Positions 56,150 through 64,000 of a DNA stretch of 64,000 nt are shown here, one piece after another. Within the stretch, counting starts at the first letter, position 1. Each line of letters starts with the position of its first letter. The notes under the pieces are model-generated. The model was not told the origin of the DNA. It searched no databases and saw nothing but the letters and a program-made list of their open reading frames with translations. Position numbers and translations under genes: made by a program. Source of the DNA: Eledone cirrhosa (lineage: Eukaryota); contig OZ024741.1 in assembly GCA_964016885.1 (NCBI GenBank), positions 250,852,001 through 250,916,000 of the forward strand, written 5' to 3'.

Positions 56150-59100
56150 ACAAACACCAAGCACCAAGCACCAAACACCAAGCACCAAGCACCAAACACC
56201 AAGCACCAAACACCATGCACCAAACAACAAGCACCAGGCACCAAGCACCAAACACCAAACACCAAGCACCAAGCACAACACACCAAGCACGAAGCACCAA
56301 GCACCAAACACCAAACAGCAAACACCAAACACCAAACACCAAACAGCAAACAGCAAACACCAACCACCAATCACCAAACAACAAGCACCAGGCACCAAGC
56401 GCCAAGCACCAAACACCAAGCACCAAGCACCAAACACCAAACACCAAGCACCAAACACCAAACACCAAACAGCAAACACCAAACAGCAAACACCAAACAT
56501 GAAACAGCAAACACCATAGAGCAAACACCAAACACCAAAAAGCAGACACCAAACAGCAAACCCCAAACACCAAACACCAAACACTAAACAGCAAACAGCA
56601 AACACCAAGCACCAAACACCAAGTTCCAAGCACCAAACACCAAGCACCAAGCACCAAACACCAAACCCCAAGCACCAAGCACCAAACTCTAATCACAATG
56701 CACCAAGCACTAAGCACTAAACACCAAGCACCAAGCACTAAACACCAAGCACCAAGCACCAAGCACTAAACACCAAACACCAAGGACCAAGCACCAAGCA
56801 CCAAGAACCAAACACCAAGCACCAAGCACCAAACACCAAGCACCAAGCACCAAACACCAACCACCCAGCACCAAGCACCAAGCACCAAACACCAAGCACC
56901 AAGCACCAAACACCAAACACCAAACACCAAGCATCAAACACCAAGCACCAAGCACCAAGCACCAAACACCAAGCCCCAAGCACCAAACACCAAACACCAA
57001 ACACCAAGCACCAAACACCAAGCAGCAATCACCAAGCACCAAACACCATGCAGCAGCACCAAGCACCAAACACCAAGCCCCAAGCACCAAACACCTAACA
57101 CCAAGCACCAAGCACCAAACACCAAGCACCAAGCACGAAGGACAAAACACCAAGCACCAAGCACCAAACACCTAACACCAACCACGAAGCACCAAACACC
57201 AAGCACCAAGCACCAAACACCAAACACCAAACACCAAGCACCAAGCACCAAACACCAAGCACCAAGCGCCAAACACCAAGCCCCAAGCACCAAGCACCAA
57301 ACACCAAGCACCAAACACCAAACACCAAGCACCAAACACCAAACACCAAGCACCAAACACCAAGAACCAAGCACCAAACACCAAACACCAAGCACCAAGT
57401 ACAAACACCAAGCACCAAGCACCAAACACCCAGCACCAAGCACCAAGCATCAAACACGAAGCATCAAACACCAAGCATCAAACACCAAACACCAAACACC
57501 AAGCAACAAGCACCAAACACCAAGCACCAAGCAGCAAACACCAAGCAGCAAGCAGAAAGCACCAAACAACAAACACCAAGCACAAAGCACCAAACACCAA
57601 GCACCAAGGACCAAACACCAAACACCAAGCACCAAGCACCAAACACCTAACACCAAGCACCAAGCACCAAACACGAAACACCAAGCACCAAGCCCCAAAC
57701 ACCAAGCACCAAGCACCAAACACCAAGCACCAAGCATAAAACACCAAGCACCAAGCACCAAACACCTAACACCAAGCAACAAACACCTTGCACCAGGCAC
57801 CAAGCACCAAACACCAAGCACCAAGCACCAAACACCAAGCACCAAGCATGAAGCACCAAACACCTAACACCAAGCACCAAGCACCAAGCACCAAACACCA
57901 AGCACCAAACACCAAACACCAAGCACCAAACACCAAGCACCAAGCACCAAACACCAAGCACCAAACACCAAGAACCAAGCACAAAAAACCCAAGCACCAA
58001 GTACAAACAGCAAGCATCAAGCACCAAGAACGAAGCAGCAAGCATCAAACACCAAGCATCAAACACCAAACACCAAATACCAAGCACCAAGCACCAAGCA
58101 CCAAACACCAAGCACCCAGCACCAAACACCAAGCACCAATCACCAAGCACCAAACACCAAGCACCAAGCACCAAGCACCAAGCTCCAAGCACCAAACACC
58201 AAACACCAAACACCAAGCACCAAACAACAAGCACCAGGCACCAAGCACCAAACACCAAGCACCAAGCACCAAGCATCAAACACCAAACACCAAGCACCAA
58301 GCACCAAACACCAAACACCAAGCACCAAACACCAAACAGCAAACACCAAACATGAAACAGCAAACACCATAGAGCAAACACCAAACACCAAAAAGCAGAC
58401 ACCAAACAGCAAACACCAAGCACCAAACAGCAAGTTCCAAGCACCAAACACCAAGCACCAAGCACCAAACACCAATCCCCAAGCACCAAGCACCAAACAC
58501 TAATCACAATGCACCAAGCACCAAGCACTAAACACCAAGCACCAAGCACAAAGCACTAAAGACCAAACACCAAGGACAAAGCACCAAGCACCAAGAACCA
58601 AACAGCAAGCAGCAAGCACCAAACACCAAGCACCAAGCACCAAACACCAACCACCCAGCACCAAGCACCAAGCACCAAACACCAAGCACCAAGCACCAAA
58701 CACCAAACACCAAACACCAAGCACCAAGCACCAAACACCAAGCACCAAACACCATGCACCAAACAACAAGCACCAGGCACCAAGCACCAAACACCAAACA
58801 CCAAGCACCAAGCACAACACACCAAGCACGAAGCACCAAGCACCAAACACCAAACAGCAAACACCAAACACCAAACACCAAACAGCAAACAGCAAACACC
58901 AACCACCAATCACCAAACAACAAGCACCAGGCACCAAGCGCCAAGCACCAAACACCAAGCACCAAGCACCAAACACCAAACACCAAGCACCAAACACCAA
59001 ACACCAAACAGCAAACACCAAACAGCAAACACCAAACATGAAACAGCAAACACCATAGAGCAAACACCAAACACCAAAAAGCAGACACCAAACAGCAAAC

Positions 59101-62100
59101 CCCAAACACCAAACACCAAACACTAAACAGCAAACAGCAAACACCAAGCACCAAACACCAAGTTCCAAGCACCAAACACCAAGCACCAAGCACCAAACAC
59201 CAAACCCCAAGCACCAAGCACCAAACTCTAATCACAATGCACCAAGCACTAAGCACTAAACACCAAGCACCAAGCACCAAGCACTAAACACCAAGCACCA
59301 AGCACCAAGCACTAAACACCAAACACCAAGGACCAAGCACCAAGCACCAAGCACCAAACACCAAGCACCAAGCACCAAACACCAACCACCCAGCACCAAG
59401 CACCAAGCACCAAACACCAAGCACCAAGCACCAAACACCAAACACCAAACACCAAGCATCAAACACCAAGCACCAAGCACCAAGCACCAAACACCAAGCC
59501 CCAAGCACCAAACACCAAACACCAAGCAACAAACACCAAGCAGCAATCACCAAGCACCAAACACCAAGCAGCAGCACCAAGCACCAAACACCAAGCCCCA
59601 AGCAACAAACACCTAACACCAAGCACCAAGCACCAAACACCAAGCACCAAGCACGAAGGACAAAACACCAAGCACCAAGCACCAAACACCTAACACCAAC
59701 CACGAAGCACCAAACACCAAGCACCAAGCACCAAACACCAAGCACCAAGCGCCAAACACCAAGCCCCAAGCACCAAGCACCAAACACCAAGCACCAAACA
59801 CCAAACACCAAGCACCAAGCACCAAACACCAAGCACCAAACACCAAGAACCAAGCACCAAACACCAAGCACCAAGCACCAAACACCCAGCACCAAGCACC
59901 AAGCATCAAACACGAAGCATCAAACACCAAGCATCAAACACCAAACACCAAACACCAAGCAACAAGCACCAAACACCAAGCACCAAGCAGCAAACACCAA
60001 GCAGCAAGCAGAAAGCACCAAACAACAAACACCAAGCACAAAGCACCAAACACCAAGCACCAAGGACCAAACACCAAACACCAAGCACCAAGCACCAAAC
60101 ATCTAACACCAACCACCAAGCACCAAACACGAAACACCAAGCACCAAGCACCAAACACCAAGCACCAAGCACCAAACACCAAGCACCAAGCATAAAACAC
60201 CAAGCACCAAGCACCAAACACCTAACACCAAGCACCAAGCACCAAGCACCAAACACCAAGCACCAAACACCAAACACCAAGCACCAGGCACCAAGCACCA
60301 AGCACCAAACACCAAGCCCCAAGCACCAAGCACCAAACACCAAACACCAAGCACCAAGCAACAAACACCTTGCACCAGGCACCAAGCACCAAACACCAAG
60401 CACCAAGCACCAAACACCAAGCACCAAGCATGAAGCACCAAACACCTAACACCAAGCACCAAGCACCAACCACCAAACACCAAGCACCAAACACCAAACA
60501 CCAAGCACCAAACACCAAGCACCAAGCACCAAACACCAAGCACCAAACACCAAGAACCAAGCACAAAAAACCCAAGCACCAAGTACAAACAGCAAGCATC
60601 AAGCACCAAGCACGAAGCAGCAAGCATCAAACACCAAGCATCAAACACCAAACACCAAATACCAAGCACCAAGCACCAAGCACCAAACACCAAGCACCCA
60701 GCACCAAACACCAAGCACCAATCACCAAGCACCAGGCACCAAGCACGAAACACCAAGCACCAAGCACCAAGCATCAAACACCAAACACCAAGCACCAAGC
60801 ACCAAACACCAAACACCAAGCACCAAACACCAAACAGCAAACACCAAACATGAAACAGCAAACACCAAACACCAAAAAGCAGACACCAAACAGCAAACAC
60901 CAAGCACCAAACACCAAGTTCCAAGCACCAAACACCAAGCACCAAGCACCAAACACCAATCCCCAAGCACCAAGCACCAAACACTAATCACAATGCACCA
61001 AGCACCAAGCACTAAACACCAAGCACCAAGCACAAAGCAATAAAGACCAAACACCAAGGACAAAGCACCAAGCACCACGAACCAAACAGCAAGCAGCAAG
61101 CACCAAACACCAAGCACCAAGCACCAAACACCAACCACCCAGCACCAAGCACCAAGCACCAAACACCAAGCACCAAGCACCAAACACCAAAGACCAAACA
61201 CCAAGCACCAAGGACCAAACACCAAGCACCAAACACCATGCACCAAACAACAAGCACCAGGCACCAAGCACCAAACACCAAACACTAAGCACCAAGCACA
61301 AAACACCAAGCACGAAGCACCAAGCACCAAACACCAAACAGCAAACACCAAACACCAAACACCAAACAGCAAACAGCAAACACCAACCACCAATCACCAA
61401 ACAACAAGCACCAGGCACCAAGCACCAAGCACCAAACACCAAGCACCAAGCACCAAACACCAAACACCAAGCACCAAAGACCAAACACCAAACAGCAAAC
61501 ACCAAACAGCAAACACCAAACATGAAACAGCAAACACCATAGAGCAAACACCAAACACCAAAAAGCAGACACCAAACAGCAAACCCCAAACACCAAACAC
61601 CAAACACTAAACAGCAAACAGCAAACACCAAGCACCAAACACCAAGTTCCAAGCACCAAACACCAAGCACCAAGCACCAAACACCAAACCCCAAGCACCA
61701 AGCACCAAACTCTAATCACAATGCACCAAGCACTAAGCACTAAACACCAAGCACCAAGCACCAAGCACTAAACACCAAGCACCAAGCACCAAGCACTAAA
61801 CACCAAACACCAAGGACCAAGCACCAAGCACCAAGAACCAAACACCAAGCACCAAGCACCAAACACCAAGCACCAAGCACCAAACACCAACCACCCAGCA
61901 CCAAGCACCAAGCACCAAACACCAAGCACCAAGCACCAAACACCAAACACCAAACACCAAGCATCAAACACCAAGCACCAAGCACCAAGCACCAAACACC
62001 AAGCCCCAAGCACCAAACACCAAACACCAAACACCAAGCACCAAACACCAAGCAGCAATCACCAAGCACCAAACACCAAGCAGCAGCACCAAGCACCAAA

Positions 62101-62800
62101 CACCAAGCCCCAAGCACCAAACACCTAACACCAAGCACCAAGCACCAAACACCAAGCACCAAGCACGAAGGACAAAACACCAAGCACCAAGCACCAAACA
62201 CCTAACACCAACCACGAAGCACCAAACACCAAGCACCAAGCACCAAACACCAAACACCAAACACCAAGCACCAAGCACCAAACACCAAGCACCAAGCGCC
62301 AAACACCAAGCCCCAAGCACCAAGCACCAAACACCAAGCACCAAACACCAAACACCAAGCACCAAGCACCAAACACCAAGCACCAAACACCAAGAACCAA
62401 GCACCAAACACCAAGCACCAAGCACCAAGTACAAACACCAAGCACCAAGCACCAAACACCCAGCACCAAGCACCAAGCATCAAACACAAAGCATCAAACA
62501 CCAAGCATCAAACACCAAACACCAAACACCAAGCAACAAGCACCAAACACCAAGCACCAAGCAGCAAACACAAAGCAGCAAGCAGAAAGCACCAAACAAC
62601 AAACACCAAGCACAAAGCACCAAACACCAAGCACCAAGGACCAAACACCAAACACCAAGCACCAAGCACCAAACACCTAACACCAAGCACCAAGCACCAA
62701 ACACGAAACACCAAGCACCAAGCACCAAACACCAAGCACCAAGCACCAAACACCAAGCACCAAGCATAAAACACCAAGCACCAAGCACCAAACACCTAAC
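56150..62800. repeat. ~2.5 kb higher-order repeat, about 2.6 tandem copies (related partial copy at ~53720-55620)
   Basis: CAGCAAT at 57023, 59541, 62053. CTCTAAT at 56687, 59226, 61710. Pseudo-ORF triplet 57464/59920/62494. Confidence 0.85.
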
Positions 62801-64000
62801 ACCAAGCACCAATCACCAAGCACCAAACACCAAGCACCAAACACCAAACACCAAGCACCAAGCACCAAGCACCAAGCACCAAACACCAAGCCCCAAGCAC
62901 CAAGCACCAAACACAAAATACCAAGCACCAAGCACCAAACACCAAGCACCAAACAGCAAGCACCAAACACCAAACACCAAACAGCAAACACCAAACAGCA
63001 AACACCAAACACCAAACAGCAAACAGCAAACACCAAACACAAAGCACCAAGCACCAAGCACCAAACACCAAGCACCAAACACCAAGCATCAAGCACCAAG
63101 CACCAAACACCAAGCACCAAACACCAAGCACCAAGCATCAAACACAAAGCATCAAACACCAAACACCAAGCACCAAGCACCAAACACCAAACACCAAGCA
63201 CCAAGCACCAAAGATCAAACACCAAACACCAAACACCAAGCACCAAGCACCAAGCACGAAGCACCAAACACCAAGCACCAAGCACCAAACAACAAGCACC
63301 AAGCACCAAACACCAAACACCAAACACCAAGCATCAAGCACCAAGCACCAAACACCAAGCACCAAGCACCAGACACCAAGCACCAAGTACAAACACCAAG
63401 CACCAAGCACCAAACACCAAGCACCAAGCACCAAGCATCAAACACCAAACATCAAACACCAAACACCAAACACCAAGCACCAAGCACCAAACACCAAACA
63501 CCAAGCACCAAGCACCAAGCACCAAACACCAAGTACCAAGCACCAAACACCAAACACCAAGCACCAAACACCAAACACCAAGCACCAAGCACCAAACACC
63601 AAACACCAAGCACCAAGCACCAAACACCAAACACCAAGCACCAAACACCAGACACCAAGCACCAAACACCAAACATCAAGCACCAAGCACCAAACACCAA
63701 ACATCAAGCACCAGGCTCCAAGCACCAAACACCAAACACCAAGCACAAAGCACCAAACACCAAGCACCAAGCACCAAACACCAAACACCAAGCACCAAGC
63801 ACCAAACACCAAACAGCAAACAGGAAACACCAAACAGCAAACAGCAAACTCCATACATGAAACAGCAAACACCATACAGCAAACACCAAACACCAAACAC
63901 CAAACACCAAACAGAAAACACCAAACACCAAGCACCAAACACCAAGCACCAAGCACTAAACACCAAGCACCAAGCACCAAACACCAAACCCCAAGCACCA

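Larger units (their letters stand above)
8578..64000. repeat. Heptamer satellite (CACCAAR)n = (YTTGGTG)n on the minus strand (satellite B); at least 55 kb, runs off the right edge
   Basis: Continuous CACCAAG/CACCAAA units with interspersed substitution variants (CAGCAAA, CACCTAG, CACTAAT, CATCAAA, TACCAAG and others). About 7,900 units by length/7. One orientation, and the + strand is almost free of T. Confidence 0.99.

Noticed and set aside
9257-60987. Plus-strand ORFs (TKHQAPS/TKHQTPN, up to 480 aa) as mucin-like or CTD-like heptad proteins
   Set aside because: The + strand has almost no T. Starts and stops fall at rare variant units in all frames with no preferred frame. Only ribosome-profiling or proteomic evidence would revive this.
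8436-63998. Long minus-strand ORFs (WCLVLGA/WCLVFGV repeats, up to 631 aa) as membrane or Cys-rich proteins
   Set aside because: The minus strand has almost no A, so stop codons are rare. Because 7 is coprime with 3, all three frames give the same heptad peptide. There are no unique domains, and many starts are merely TTG/GTG.
8578-64000. Cyanobacterial STRR heptamers or Drosophila virilis-type heptamer satellites
   Set aside because: The consensus differs from those I know (CCCCART, TTKGTCA, CAACAGT; ACAAACT family), and STRR tracts are short and interspersed with genes. No family assignment is supportable without a search.
1-64000. Stable G-quadruplex arrays
   Set aside because: Satellite A G4-5 runs are separated by ~21-nt loops and satellite B has only GG runs, so canonical G4 motifs are not met.
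8578-64000. Pure sequencing artefact or synthetic sequence
   Set aside because: Rare variants recur in conserved order at many distances and divergence levels, which random error would not produce. Individual near-identical duplications could still be assembly errors.

Overview
The whole 64 kb window is non-coding tandem satellite DNA, most plausibly eukaryotic heterochromatin; the taxon cannot be determined from the sequence. Two arrays abut with no spacer. (1) 1-~8580: a composite ~25-29 bp satellite whose units share the core GGAGATAATTT and alternate in runs between a GC-rich type (CAAGGGGAGATAATTTCCAGCCGTC, 25 bp) and an A-tract type (CAGGGGGAGATAATTTGT-An-T). (2) ~8578-64000: an array of at least 55 kb of the heptamer CACCAAR (minus strand YTTGGTG). 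I see no credible gene, RNA gene, transposon or CRISPR array, and every listed ORF is explained as a translation of the repeats. The notable content is structural. Rare variant heptamers recur in a conserved order and reveal nested higher-order duplications (about 0.8 to 6 kb), there is a recurring embedded ~60-150 bp module, the junction between the two satellites is sharp, and the first array follows a unit-succession rule. All offsets and counts were read by eye or from the ORF track and need alignment confirmation. I found no evidence for a new gene-encoded system.
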